From: Polymyxa betae A26-41
Lineage: Eukaryota; Protista; Endomyxa: Phytomyxea
NCBI GenBank assembly: GCA_003693705.1
Contig: RBZT01000423.1
Location: 118,114 to 182,113, forward strand
Direction: 5' to 3'
DNA length: 64,000 bases
Positions 1-18,163 of the stretch are shown piece after piece. How positions within the stretch are numbered: the stretch's first letter is position 1; each line of letters opens with the position of its first letter. The notes beneath the pieces were generated by a model that was not told the DNA's origin, did not search any database, and saw nothing but the letters and a program-made list of their open reading frames with translations. The translations under genes and the position numbers were made by a program.

Positions 1-13
1 TATCAGTAAACAA

Positions 14-915
14 ATGGAGCGTCTATTGGACGAAGATCTCACTGCTCAATTCAATCAAATATCATTACGAGCAAAGATCGACGATGAACTTGAAGAGGTC
101 CAGAACCGCATATCGCAGCTGATGATTGAGAAGCCATTATCTCCGAGCCAAGAAGATTTGATTGAGTCGGCTTTGAAAAAGAAGTTGGAACCTTTGGATG
201 ATCTCGATAGATTCGAGAAAATATTATCGATGCCTCGCAATCACGTTCATGTTTCGAAGTTCAATCAAGACATCACCACTGTAAACATTCTTATCCTTGT
301 GGCCAAATTACATCTCAATAATTTCAGGAGATGCTTAAATGCTTACGTGATGGCCAGTGGCTGAACGACGAAATCATGAATTTCCAAATTAATTTAATGC
401 AAGAACGCAATTCGAAATCTAGAAAGCGGCCTCGAGTATTTTTCCATAACAGTTTCTTTTACACGAAAATGATGGCAAATGGAGTATACAAATACAGCAA
501 CGTCTCCAGATGGACGAAAAGAAAGAAAATAGATATATTCGCTATGGATATGGTTATTTTCCCTGTTCATGTTCATGGCAATCACTGGTGTTTGGGGGTG
601 ATCGATTTATTCAAGAAAGAAGTCGTGTATTATGACTCGTTGGGAGGTCGTAACCCAGATTTCTTCACTAGCTGCAGGCGCTATATCACAGACGAGCATC
701 AAGACAAGAAGAATTCGAGCTTCGATCTCACCGGTTGGAAGGACGTTCTGCCAAAGGCGATACCACATCAGAACAATGGATGTGATTGTGGTGTATTCAC
801 TTTGAAGTTTGCTGATTATATCAGTGAGCGTCTGCCATTAAAATTTTCTCAAAAGGACATGCCTTATTTCAGAAGGCGTATTCTATTAGAAATCATCAAT
901 GGTGCTATATTATAA
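14..915 (+). CDS. SUMO-specific protease (Ulp1/SENP, peptidase C48); may be 5'-partial
   Basis: ORFs 14-364 and 331-915 join in frame over a GT-AG intron at 281-327. Motifs WLNDEIMN, catalytic H (NHW), D (YYDS) and QNNGCDCG. The frame is open to the window edge. Confidence 0.93.
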
Positions 916-1180
916 AGCATATTGACCGAAGCTGCCTCACATCAATCACGTTCAACAATCTGATAGATCATTCTGTGTGACTTTCATGCTGTTCTTAGAG
1001 TATCTGCCTAGTAATCATTACAGTATCTCAACCAAAAAACAGCATCGTTTGCTGAAGATTGAAACTAGAAAGAGAGTCTCTCAAGTATACATTATGGGTT
1101 CACGTTACCAAGTTAATGACGTGGCCTTCGTCCTGTATGAAGCAGCCATCATTTTTCTTTCGTTGATTGTTTAGTTAGCG

Positions 1181-1784
1181 ATGGTCGTGTCTCAATGTCC
1201 TTTCTACCAACCGACAGCTCTACCTGACCGTGATGAGCACAGTGATGAAGCTGGTGTTAAATCAGAACGGCTCATAGCGGAGCACTTCGCTGAATGTCCC
1301 GGAATGGACGTGAGTGGAGAGGAATCGGATGTGTCGGAATACGAACTGGAGGCACTCAGTGATGAATTAAACCATACAATGCGGTTGACAAGAAATGATT
1401 TCCTAGGCGCTACTATGCAATCGGGGTTCGTCATGAGCCAATCAAAAATCGATGAAATGGTAAGCAAGATCTTGGGGGAAAAGGTAAAAACAGATAATAA
1501 CATATAACTTTAATACTAATACGTATTCCAAGGTCGAACCTGAGCAAATGGATTCATTCGCAGAACCGGCAGAAGGCATCCAAGAATTGAAGACACATGG
1601 ACCTATATCTAATCAAGCCGATTCAGTACCAAACCGTCACCATCTTCTAACGGCTGTACCAGATCAGTCCATTCAGGATAATTTGACAGTAGATATCCTT
1701 GTCTTGTTATTTTATTTGGTTGTAGCACTTCCGATTATGTTCATAGAAGCAGTAAGTTTCTTTATGATCGCTGGCACCACCTAA
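1181..1784 (+). CDS. Hypothetical acidic protein with C-terminal transmembrane helix (tail-anchored candidate)
   Basis: ORFs 1181-1507 and 1548-1784 join in frame via a 49-bp intron at 1484-1532 (GTAAAA...ctaat...CAAG). Hydrophobic tail ILVLLFYLVVALPIMFIEAVSFFMIA. Confidence 0.65.
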
Positions 1785-1879
1785 TTCCATTTCAGTTAAC
1801 AAAGGGATCAAAGTTCTTCAATTCTTTGGGAGGTTCCTTATTTTAAAAATAAATCCAAGAAAACGGTAATTAGGCTATC

Positions 1880-2494
1880 CTATGTACGTGTATTATAATG
1901 GAGAGCATTAATCTGATTATTCGTATTCATATGATTTAGTGCATCTAATACCGTATGGACTCGGGTATGAAGCCAGTCTAAAAGAAACCTTTTAGCAGGT
2001 TGTGCCACCACGAGATTTGGAGTATGATTAATAATATGAGGCGAGAATCTGGTACTTAAATGCGGAATGTCGGGGCTGGTCGCCACCGACGCCAACAGAT
2101 GTAGATCCAATGCTTTCCATCTCTCGTCATCATAATTATCTTCGCTGCTTTCACTTTTGTCCTGAGAGAAAGACGAACCGGGAGAGAAGGCGCTCGTTCT
2201 AGTTGGGTCGCTCAAACTGTTTCGTGATAACGACAAAGGCTTCGGCCTTTTGTTTGACATATCTCCATGAGTTTCAGGAGCAGATCTTGACCTCTTCAAA
2301 ATTCTCTCGAACTGTATACCCAGCTGTTCGAGCCTCTCTGCTGCTGAGATCAAAGCCAGCTCACGCTCGCTAATAGCTCTCCTGTTTTTTACGTCTTCGG
2401 ATGTTTTGTTTGTTGAGTCGACAGCCAAATTTCCGCCACCGCATGCTGCCTCAGGTAAGGGTTCACATCCTCCTGATTGCTGATATGGCAGCAT
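1880..2494 (-). CDS. Hypothetical Ser-rich protein, possibly nuclear
   Basis: 204-aa ATG-initiated ORF with low complexity, basic patches (KRSRS, KRPKP) and short helical motifs LISAAERLE and LHLLASVA. Confidence 0.55.
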   Translation of the reverse strand: MLPYQQSGGCEPLPEAACGGGNLAVDSTNKTSEDVKNRRAISERELALISAAERLEQLGIQFERILKRSRSAPETHGDMSNKRPKPLSLSRNSLSDPTRTSAFSPGSSFSQDKSESSEDNYDDERWKALDLHLLASVATSPDIPHLSTRFSPHIINHTPNLVVAQPAKRFLLDWLHTRVHTVLDALNHMNTNNQINALHYNTRT

Positions 2495-3721
2495 TGTGCT
2501 TGGGAATTTATCGATCAGAACGAATCAAAACCCCTAATAATATGTGCCAACGACACAATTTCGACGCGTGCCAATAATAGATTCTCGTTTTGACGTTTGA
2601 GGAAATTTGTATGCTAAAGTGATATTGCACGGCAAAGATAAAGAATATCAAGTCCTCACAGGCCGAAGATCGACAGATAACAGCAGCTGTGCAGTCTGCA
2701 CGTACATTTAACTGCAACATCAACAAAGACGATTTTTAAGGAGACTTGGGGCCTGCATGTACCTGTGGTCACACAGCGCTTCGAATCGATACGTGGATAT
2801 TTAGATATCAGTTTGATTTGATCTGGTCTTGATGCCTTGATGGTTGATTATGGACGTGCAAACTATTCCTACTTCGAGGGAAAAGCGTAAAGTCCTGGCT
2901 GTGGACTGAAGTTGCAAAATATTCTCCAGCTTCAGAAAAAATGTTTGTAACTGTTGCCTGTAAATCTGGCTTTTGGCTAAGTAGCCCTTGTACCTACATC
3001 GTAGATGAAATCGTCGTATTTAGGGTGTCTACGGACCAATTAAGGGTGAAAAGACTTCGTGTTTGGAGTTATCGCCAGGGTCTTCATTGTCGGTTTTGGT
3101 AGATTCTTTTCCATTGGGCGTGTGATTGCGCCACTTTCTGTTTGATTGTGTGAGAGTTCTGTCGTGCCTTATCTTTGGTCATGTTTTGCCCAGTTGTTTT
3201 TGGACAAATCGTATCCGACTTTGTTCCAGCCATCTGAAATGCGGTGACTATGCTTACTATAAAAAAATCATAAAACCGGTTAAAGCGCAGCTCATCAACC
3301 GCTCGACCATACTATTAGACCAAGCAATGGGCTTTCATCGTTCCCATCTTTAGATGGTCGCCCTCTTGTCCGTATCATGGCTAAACGGAGTGGAAGGAGA
3401 TAGTTTCGGGGCCGATCCAGTCGACATGTCACATGGGTGGCGCCTAGAAATGGAGAAATTGCAGAGAATGCAACTCCCAATGGGCGATCCAAGAAAGAGG
3501 TTACCCTATCGAGTTATACAAATGTGGGCTTTTAACTTGATCACAAGACGGATCAGAATATCAGTTAAGCGATTATAGAGGATCCGCCATAGAACGGTTG
3601 CCAACAAATTTACTACAAAGTCGTAAGCAGAGTCGATAGCAACTAAGACCATCGAAATGTATTGAAGATAAGACAGAAAGAGAGAGATAAAGATTTAGTA
3701 GAGAGCAGATTTCAAGAGGGG

Positions 3722-4175
3722 TGATAAAATCGAGAACGGTTTTCATATCACTCAGCATCCATCAGAATGTCAAGTTGCTTATGCAGGTACTTGATCCGAG
3801 CTTGCTCATCAGGAAGGAAGACGAGCTTGGACGATATCAGGACGCCCACTTTACGAGACGAGACGTCGCAGCTGCTCGTAACGGTCAGGAACGGACCGCT
3901 CGATAGCTGCCATGAACCCATTAATATCAATAAGTGCTTCTCAATATAGAAGCTCACGTGATCCAGAATCTTACCACGATATCAACATATCGGCCTCGAT
4001 CGGGTCCCGGGCTCGAAGCGGCGTCGTACTTTCAGCCAGGGCCAGCCGCGATCTCAGTTCGTGCTCCAGTAGATCCGAGGACGGAGTCACTAAACATGCC
4101 AACTGGAAACCATGAATGGCAGCTCCCTGCCTGGTCATTTCATAACAGCTGATGCCGACGATTCTACCACTATCA
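3722..4175 (+). mobile_element. Putative LTR remnant (3' LTR with upstream polypurine tract)
   Basis: AAGAGGGG (3714-3721) directly precedes TGATA (3722). The segment can be closed at TATCA (4171-4175). Gene-poor context. Confidence 0.4.
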
Positions 4176-4177
4176 AT

Positions 4178-4370
4178 AATTACACTGTCTTCTTGGAGAC
4201 GTGTTAACTGCTGTAATGTTACCTGCTTATATTATGCAATCCGCTACGTGATCTTTCCCTTGCTTACAATTACACTGTCTTCTTGCAAACTGTTGTAATG
4301 TTACCTGCGTTAACTGCTGAAATGCTACCTGCTTAATTCTGCGTTCTGCTACTTGATCTTTCCCTTGCTT
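4178..4370. repeat. Imperfect ~90-bp tandem duplication
   Basis: AATTACACTGTCTTCTTG at 4178 and 4268. GATCTTTCCCTTGCTT ends both units (4265, 4370). An internal TG(T)AATG(T/C)TACCTGC-like motif occurs three times. Confidence 0.85.
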
Positions 4371-4678
4371 GTTAGCATCATGTCCCTCCAACCATGTTTC
4401 CAATTGGAGTCCTATCTGACAATGCGATGCAGTATGATCTCATGATCTCGTTTGACAACCAACCCATAACTATCAATAACTGACCTTGTCGTTTATTGTA
4501 ATCAATGCATATTATTCACTACCATACGTATAATAATCAGCCTGTTCGAATAACATTTTCCCCTCTATTACCCGAACTACTGAGTTTGAACAAAGCAAAT
4601 AACCTGTCTTTATTAGTTTTGCGTCAACAATCCCAGCGATATTAACATGACAGGTTCTCCTGTTTGGCGTAAATAATA

Positions 4679-6724
4679 TTAAGTGTTGGCTTTAAGGTAA
4701 AACAGCATATAAGCTTGTGATGATAGAACGTCTCGTTCCGACTTTTTCGTGATTTTGGCGTCGTCGCATTTGTACCTAACAATGGATTAGTTGTAAAGCC
4801 GCCTGCCGCCTTGCACTGCGACTATCTACCATTGCTGTTGTCGGCGAATATAGGCGATGTAATGGCCGGATTCCGAAGATCCTTTATGTTCGACGACGGC
4901 AAACAGATTATACACAAACACTCCAAGCTGGATCTCGCTCCTGGCTACGGAAGGATCTGAGACGTACGAAGATAGATCAAGATGATTGATTGGGAACGAG
5001 ATATAGGCGTCCAGTTTTGTCGATTGAGAAGCAGAATGACCTAAATGCTTGAATCGCTAATTGAAACGTCAGTTGGCCGATAATGTGGTTTGAGCGGCAA
5101 TGAACCTTTAGATGAATCGTCAAGACTGTGGGCAGTGTATGAATAGAGAGCTGTTTCGTACTGAATTGATGAGCCTGACAATTGTGACACAGAAACTTAT
5201 CAGATAGCCTCTCAGGTTGTGTAAACCTATCATTGATGACGTCGACAAGCAAAACACAGCTACTTAAACATACCGATCAAAGCAATCGATCAACGTCTGA
5301 GGCTGTAGGCTGCTCGGATGCAGAGCGGTCAGATCAACGGCAATCTCCAAGAGAGGATCATACGCCGTATACGTTGAGAGACAGTTCAGGCACGTCACAA
5401 CTGAACGGAACTTGCCGCCGAATGTCTGCAAACGATCGTATCATCAACCAGAGCGCAGCATAAGACGCTCGAACACTCAACAAACGCCTTCTGCGAAATT
5501 CGAAATGGCTGAAGAAGCCAGAACCAATTTACCCGATGAACGACGCAATCGCAATCTGACAAGATGGTGCCGCCACATCGTGAGTGAAGCGCATCAAGCA
5601 ACGAGATGAGGAACTCGTGAGCGTCCTGCTGCTCGTAACCGGCCAGATGTGACGCATGCGACCACATGGCGCAAAGGAACTGATGGGGGGCGTACGGCTC
5701 CGTCTCACCATGAAACGCCTTCTCGAAGATCAGGTCCATATCGCATCCCAGACACAACGCATCGCCATGCGACGAACACTAATTGGTTTTTGAACGAGCA
5801 GTAGAAACCGTCAACGAATACCGACCTTGTTACGATTATGACCATCTCTCAGGAAAAAGTCACGAATGAGAGGATTGTGCACCAGAGTCTGTAAGACGAC
5901 ATTCATGAAGCACCTGTCCGTTCACGTTAACAAGTTCATCTGGACGATCGACGATCTGAGAATACGTGTTGCCAAGGTTCAGCATTCCCCGAAGACCACA
6001 GTACCCGCTCTTGTCGCGTTTCATTGAGAAATGCCAGAACCCGACATTACGCTGAGCTTCCAGCCGGGGCGACGTCTCGTCTCTGGCCACAATCAACCTG
6101 TACGATTCCCTCTCTCGCTGGGACCTGGAACGCAGAATTAACAAGGAACTCTTGAAAGAAAAGATTTTAGCAGAAAAGAAAACGCAAACCAGAGTTGCTT
6201 ACATGTTTTCCAGACGCATCTGTTTTTGGAAGGACGAATCGATACTGCTATCATAAACGTAATCGTTGCAATGAAAGCAGAAGACGTGAAGACGGCGAAG
6301 CTCCAACGCTTTTTAAAAAAAATGTCAAAAAATTATGATCGTGGTTAGTGTGAGACCACCAACCAAGATAATGGGATTTAGAGCGAGCATGATCCTGAAT
6401 ATGTCTGTTCTCCCAACAACCAATGAATACACATTCCAGGCATGCGTGCAGAAAATTGCTGCCTAAATTACAGGTGAAACAGTGTGGCACCCGAACCTGA
6501 TACCAGAGAACGTCAGAATGAGTGTTTGGCAAGCGACAGAAATTTAGCAGGGCGAGCGAGCTGTCTTCAACGTGAGCGATTCGAAGGCTTACTTTGGCAT
6601 TTCTATCGCTTCCGAAAGCGAAACGCAGCAGGACGTCCAGATTGCGGAATCCACCAGCGGCGGCAAATGCAGTGACGTGGCGACATTCGGGCGCCTGATA
6701 GGCAGGCGGCGTCATGCCTGCCAT
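4679..6724 (-). CDS. USP22: Ubiquitin-specific protease USP22/Ubp8-like (SAGA DUB module), multi-exon
   Basis: N-terminal ZnF-UBP (CFTC, CLEC, HIQDH), Cys box GLRGMLNLGNT|CFMN, QQDAHEF, His box HKGSSESGHYIAY, terminal AYMLFY then TAA at 4679-4681. Confidence 0.88.
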
Positions 6725-7505
6725 GACAGCGCCCTGCGACGACAGCGACGCCTCTGATAAGGTTGCGCAATCCGGGCCCGTCCTACTGCTCGCCGTTGGC
6801 GGCGTCGGCCGACGACGAGAGAGACGTCCCGCCAGCTTTCCTGATGCCTGCTGTCAGAGGGGTGCTCAACTCCTTCTTCGGACGTATTCGCAAATGAGGC
6901 TGGCTATCCGAACACCATTCATTTGAACGTGAAGGGCGACGGCTTGGCTTGATGCGACGTTCAAGATTGGGAGTTGCTGTGGTCAGAAGAAACAAGTTAA
7001 ATGGCAAAAATCTAAACAATTCAGTTTAGTTGGCGGCTTCAACTGTGTTAGATGACCTTACGGGCATGGCAACATGGCTTTGCAATGAATCCGTGATGTG
7101 AGATGACAGGCTTTATCTGATATAACACTTCACTTCATTGAGTGCCGTAATGTATGTCGCGATTACATCAGATGCTGGACATTCTTCAGAATCACATTCG
7201 AAACAAAAACCATGATAAACTGGTACTGAATGGATGCAGATCACTTTGGCAGGCCTCAACTATGCCGTTTATTTTTGTAAGAGGACTTGATTTGTCGTTT
7301 GCTGATTTTATCGAACTCTGCTGTCAGGGTTACAAGAAAGAAAGTCTTCGAAAGGATATTGCTGTTAGAACAGTGAGCACATCTGGTTTCTCGGAACCAA
7401 GGTGAGGTGTCGCTTCAGTCGTTGCGCGACGCATTCTGCGAACGCGGGCTCGTCCAGATTACGCTTTTCCGCCGCCGGATTTAAATCTGGAGCGGCTTCG
7501 ACGAA

Positions 7506-9988
7506 ATGACGGTTCCGGTGTCGAGGCGGACGTCGGATAGCGCGAATGGCCTCGGTATGCCATTGCCATTGAAGGATGACCATTCTGATTATAAATCGCC
7601 CTTAGTGAGCTCATGCATGTTTCTTGTCTGAACTCAGAATCTGACAATATCATTTCTGCAGCAATATCTCGAATCGGTGTCGGCTTCCAAACCGTCTTCG
7701 AAAAAACCATCCTTGTTCCTGAACACGAAGTTTACCACTGCCGTTCTTGTCGCCTGCCTTGCAATGGCAACATCTGTTTGGTTCTGGCCGAGGCAGTCTC
7801 TACAATTCACAAAACCGAAAGTCGCTCTTTGTTCATTCAACGAACTCGCAGTTGAAATGCTATTTAAGGATATACACTCGGTATTGTCGTCTTTTGAGGA
7901 GACGATCGAGGGTCTATCACGATTCCAGACCAGCGATATTAGAGATGTGGCTTACTCGATTACCGCTAGCTCAGCAAGCAGTGAACAAGCGAAGATTGCT
8001 GTTCAGAGGTGATAGTTATTGCCAGACGATTCACCATGATCTGTAATCAGCGCTATAGATGGATGGATATGCAACCTGTCGTAGACAGCATTGAAGACCT
8101 TCTTTCCCAACGAAAATCAAAGTTTGATGAGGTGAGATATGTATTAGCATCGATCTTTCGCAGAGATTGACTTTGTTGCTTTATCAGGCGCAAATGCTAG
8201 AATCCAAGCTTCGTGTGGCGGCAGCTGCGTATCACTCTGCACGTGAAGCATCTGAATTATATTCATCTTCTGCCAAGACCAGCATCAATCTTCTCAAGAA
8301 GAATAAACTGGACCAGGACACGATTCAGTCGTCGTTGAATGAGACCAAGGAACATGTTGCTGCCGATTTGTTTGATGACGCCATGACTAGACTGATCATT
8401 CGGTTAGGAACTGGAACTGCAACAGAGGCTGCAGCAGCACGACCTGAAAATCGCAGAGCTGCGGGCTAAGCGCGATTCTGCTGACAAACAAGTAATGAAC
8501 TTGAATCTGGCGGTCAGCGAGCAGCAAGCTCAGAATGATATCCTCTCAGAAAACGTCAAGTACTATCAGTCGCAAGTAAATAGCAAAATTGTTAAGATTT
8601 CGGGCAGAAGAATGACGTTTAATTCAGGTCAGTCAACATAATGCTTCAGTCGCGAATGCATCAAATGATCTCAAGGTCGGTTTTGTAGCTGTGCTGCGTT
8701 ATTGTACCTAAGTTATCTGCAGGCGATGTTGAAGTTGCAAGATTCATTGTTGAGTGAAGTCTCAGAAAAAACATTATTGCTTGAAAATCTCAGATCAAAG
8801 GAGAAGGAGAAGATTGACCTTCTTTCCACAATTCAATCAATTCAACGCCAATTTGCAGTTATCGCTAAAGAGAGTCCTCACGTAATATCTTAACATGGTA
8901 TATCTCAATCATGATGTTTATCCCTCTAGGATGAGGCAACAGTATCACTCAAAGCATTGATGGACGCAGAAGAGCAACAAATCGTAAGGTAAATGAGGCG
9001 AATGGGCGTAGTGTTGTGAATAAGGATCTCAACTCGCTGGCAGTTTAAATGCTGAACTCGCCGAATTATCGGTTAGTAATGCAAAACCTGAGATCGAAGA
9101 CACAGCATACGAATCTAGTTTGCATCGCTCTCGCATTCGTCTGCAAAGAGTTGAACATGAACTAAGATACGAATCGATTCGGTAGATAATTGCACTTCGT
9201 CTAACCAGAAACAGCACTAAACTTGCATGTAGGTTTGTCTATGAATCTTTACCACTTGGGACGAGCAGAACTTTCCCAGCAGTGCTTGCAATTGTTGATA
9301 CTCATATTGAACAAGCGCGGGATCGGCTTGAGCAAATCAAATCAAGCATAACATCAGCTCAAACCTCGCTTGTAGCTGCCGAGAGACACATCAATGAAAA
9401 TGCTGCTCAAATTGAACGGTTTGCGGTGCCCAAAGATTACCCACTCCTATCTAATTTTGACATTAGCTTGCAAACGTTCGAGTTGGATGCTGATACTCGA
9501 TATGAAATGTTGTTAGCCTCACTGAAGGACGCAGAATCAGCACTCCAAATTGGCAATCAGACTTTAAACAACTTAAATTACGAAGTGCAACAGCACGAAT
9601 CTGCAGTGGCAAAAATACAGTTAGATTATGAAACCGCTGTTGAGCAGAAACGTTCCTGTCAGAAAGAACTTCTCATACTGGCGGATGACCATCTCACGAA
9701 ACAACACCAACTTCAACAACTTCAGGTCTGCAGTAATGTGTCGCGACATCTTCAGATAACTCAATTTTTAATCAGCACGAAAGTCAGAATATGATTCAAT
9801 TATGCAGTCAAGATATGAGCGTTGCCTTTCGCCATTTAAATAATCTGAATTCGAAATTCGATGAGTTTAATCAACTGACAAAACTTTTGTCTACATTGAG
9901 CGATGTTCTCGTGGACCTTGATCAGCATTTACAACAGCGCTCGCAGAGGCTTCTTGATGCTCTTTATGGTGGCATTCGGCAAGCATAA
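7506..9988 (+). CDS. Hypothetical long coiled-coil protein with N-terminal transmembrane segment, multi-exon
   Basis: Chain of + ORFs (7677, 8167, 8702, 9282, 9791) separated by ~50-bp GT-AG introns. TM segment TAVLVACLAMATSVWFW and heptad-rich L/E/Q/K composition. The start position is uncertain. Confidence 0.6.
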
Positions 9989-10361
9989 TTTTCTGATGCA
10001 AAACAATTGGTTTAGTTAAATCGAAATCCATGTATAAACAGCCTTATTTGAACATAAGGGCAATCTTCAGGCACACTGTGGTTTCAAATCCGTTATTTCT
10101 ACTTTATCGGTGGAATATCTCAAAATCCAGCAAAGATTCTGAAATCATAGCCCGTTTCAATAACGTTTTTTCGTTCAACTAGAGCCCATGCTGCTGCAAT
10201 TCCACTTATCGAAATAGGGGCGATAGTTCGAAAACCACACCCTGTAAGGCTTCGTTCGGAGCTTGAAAGATCGGAGGTTTGACCATGCCTGTGCGACCGT
10301 CAACACAAGGAGCGACGTTGCTGAGTGGGTTGGCTTGATAACTACTCCAGAACTTTGATGA

Positions 10362-15343
<4,982 letters not shown>

Positions 15344-15812
15344 TTATATCATCATATCAGTATTAACTTAAACAATGTTGCTTCATCGCTATGCCATATC
15401 AAAGTTTCATGTTGATTGTAGTCCTGTGGATACCCCCTCTATGTGATTGCAGAAATGTACCAGCGTTATCTTGCCTCAAGTTATACTGTGCTTCAGGTGC
15501 CCTTGCTCTGTTCATTTTTCACAATTTTCTGACGTTTCTGCATTCCGAAAAATTCAGTAAATGAGTATTTATATCCAAGAGAGAGGATTTTCAGGGTTTC
15601 TTGAAACATCCATAGGATTTAAGATTTATGATAGAATACAGATGATCACAAAAATAAATCTAATCAAACTTGAGCTCCTCAGTCCTCATCAGCATAGCAA
15701 AAAAAAACATAATAAAAAATACAAAAATTGCGCCGAGTAATGTCGAACAGAATTACGATTCTCATGCTGGGCTCACAGACTTTCTGTGACTCTTCTTCAT
15801 TTAATTTCAGCA

Positions 15813-16938
15813 ATGGTCCTGCTTCACGTTAAGCGTGGCGATAACGACGAATTTCTGCATGAATGCTCCCACGAAGACTTAGTTGCCAACGTCTTGGAAA
15901 CCGTTGTCGAATTTCACAACCGAAGGAAGCTGATCCAGTTTGTCTCCGATAATTTACAGGCTCTGGCCAAATATGGCCCAATGCGCCCTGAGGTCGCTTT
16001 ATGGCTGATGGATTTGTTGGATTATTAAATCCTGCCAGGCTGAGAGGGGTCTGGAAGGTACCAGCGACCCGGCCGGCATTCGGGTGGGAACTGCCCCAGA
16101 TCCTGCCGCTGCTGAAACGCTCGAACGTGTCGCCAATGATGCTCAAGCAACTCTACATAATCGTCAGGTCATTATTAACACTTTATACTAATTTTTTGCT
16201 TCTCTGTATATTATTTAGATCGTTATTTGCTTCCATAAGATGAATTCGTCTCGTTGCATTTTTTTTTCGGGATTCTGTCTTCCTTATCCCGAGAGCATAG
16301 GTTTCAGCTCGTGTCGTGTTGACATCCAGTACGCTCGATGAGTGCGAAATGAATATGAAAGGTGCGATTACAATCGCCTATCCACAAGGTCTGCCCGCCG
16401 ACGACGTCCTTAAACAGTTCCAAGACAACGGAAAAATTGATGGTAATCGCTTACTGCTAAATGCTCAACTTCCTAAGGCTTCTGTTCCAGTTGAATGTCT
16501 TGGCAACGACTATATGAAGCCTGATGAAGCCTCTCTATGGTTTGCAGGAAAGCGTTGGAATCCATCTCAGCAAGTTTCGGATTATCTCGGAAAGAACGCG
16601 AAAACCAAAGTGATTGTTCGTTTACAAAGGCTATCAAGCGGGTACATTGTTCTTTGCTGGTCGGAAAAAAATTCAAAATTTCTCGCAGAGCTCCAGTAAG
16701 GGAGCCAGCCGTTGACAAAGAAACGCAGAAGGCTATGATGGCGTATTATCATCGAAAACAAGAAGAGCAAAAGGTTGAACAATTCCCAGATAATTTAGAT
16801 CACGTACTGATTTAGTGTTTGTAGCGATTGGCAGATGACTCACAAGATTCGTACTTAAATTCTGAATGGGCCAATCCGAAGCAGATCAAACAGCAATTCA
16901 ACGGTTTGAACCCAGGAAATATCAAATGGCGCCCGTGA
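15813..16938 (+). CDS. CFAP298: Cilia- and flagella-associated protein 298 (C21orf59/Kurly)
   Basis: MVLLHVKRGDNDEFL, GPMRPE, RVGTAP, GAITIAYPQGLP, LWFAGK, LGKNAKTKVIVRL, APVREP, MMAYYHRKQEEQK, YLNSEWANP. Confidence 0.92.
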
Positions 16939-17146
16939 GCATCAGTAACACGTTTTGATACTGCTGCTGGCTTTGGAATCGCGACAGATCTAAAGCCGAA
17001 TCTTTTTCAAATTGAACAAAACACAATCAATAAAAACGGGAACTTAAAAAGTGTGGAGCGGCGAGCTGCTTCTGACTTTTGTTAACCAAATCTGAATTCA
17101 AAAGCTGCTAAGTAAAGTGCGAAAGGTCATTTCCCATCAAACGGCG

Positions 17147-18163
17147 ATGGCGTCGTGGTCGTGGTCGGCTCAACCAAATCTAATTCGGGCCGCCCAGAAG
17201 GATGCTTTCTTCGTCGAGACATTGGTCCAAGAAATACGCGAGGCGGCATCCCTGCTGTTGGGTCCACGCCGCCTGGCCAATCTGCATCGGGAGATTGATC
17301 TTGTTGCTGCTGCTCTTTATTATGGTGTTCAGGTAACAATCAATTTATGCAATTAATTTTTGCTGGCAAAACGCTCAAATGGTATTGTTGGATTCAGCGG
17401 TCTAACTTTGATTTCGGAACTTAAATGTTTCGTCAGAAGACCATTTAAAGTTTTTGAAGAATGCTCTCATTAACTTCGGTTTATTTTGCTTTATGCTAAC
17501 AATGTCGCTCAGATTTTAGGAAGGAAAACGCCAGGCGAAGAATATTGTGATTTAGAGCGTGTCACGACCAATTGGCGTCTGCCAACACGAAGACGTTTAT
17601 CAGCCTTGGTATTCCTGCAAGTAGCATTCCCTTATCTGATCTCAAAACTTCGTCCACTGTCATCCACATCTCGTCCGGCATCTCTCTACAACCGCTTCGT
17701 CTCACTATTGTCGCATCAAACGAGCCTATCTACCATCACTCGCCTCAACATCGCCGTCTTTTATTTATTCGGGGCCTATTTACACCTTTCCAATCGATTT
17801 CTTCGAATCCGTTATCTTCAAACAACGCCTGGGCCTACAGGCTCTAATGGCGTTTACCAAACATTAGGGGTTCTAATACTTGCTCAGATGGCGATATCGA
17901 CGGCTTTGGAACTGTATAACACCCGTTTAAAGCGTTCAACGCCCGCCGAGAATGCGGCCGCTGAAGTCGAAGAGAGCATTGTTTGCTCATCGGGGCCCAA
18001 TTGTACCTTGTGTTTGGGGCCGAAACGCGCCCCGACTGTCACCGATTGCGGTCATGTTTTCTGTTGGAAATGCATCGCCAGCTGGTGCTCGAATAAACCC
18101 GAATGCCCACTATGTCGACAGCCGGTTGTGCTATCAAATCTCGTCCGACTATGTAATTATTAA
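17147..18163 (+). CDS. PEX10: Peroxin 10 (Pex2/Pex12 N-terminal domain + RING)
   Basis: AQPNLIRAAQKD, one intron (~17333-17511), TPGEEYCD and C3HC4 RING CTLC...CGHVFCWKC...CPLCR. Confidence 0.92.

Noticed and set aside
4178-4370. Repeat that might be a CRISPR-like array
   Set aside because: Only two degenerate units, no unique spacers, no cas genes, eukaryotic context.
7154-7405. 83-aa ORF in the spacer upstream of USP22
   Set aside because: No homology cues, and it lies in a probable divergent promoter region.
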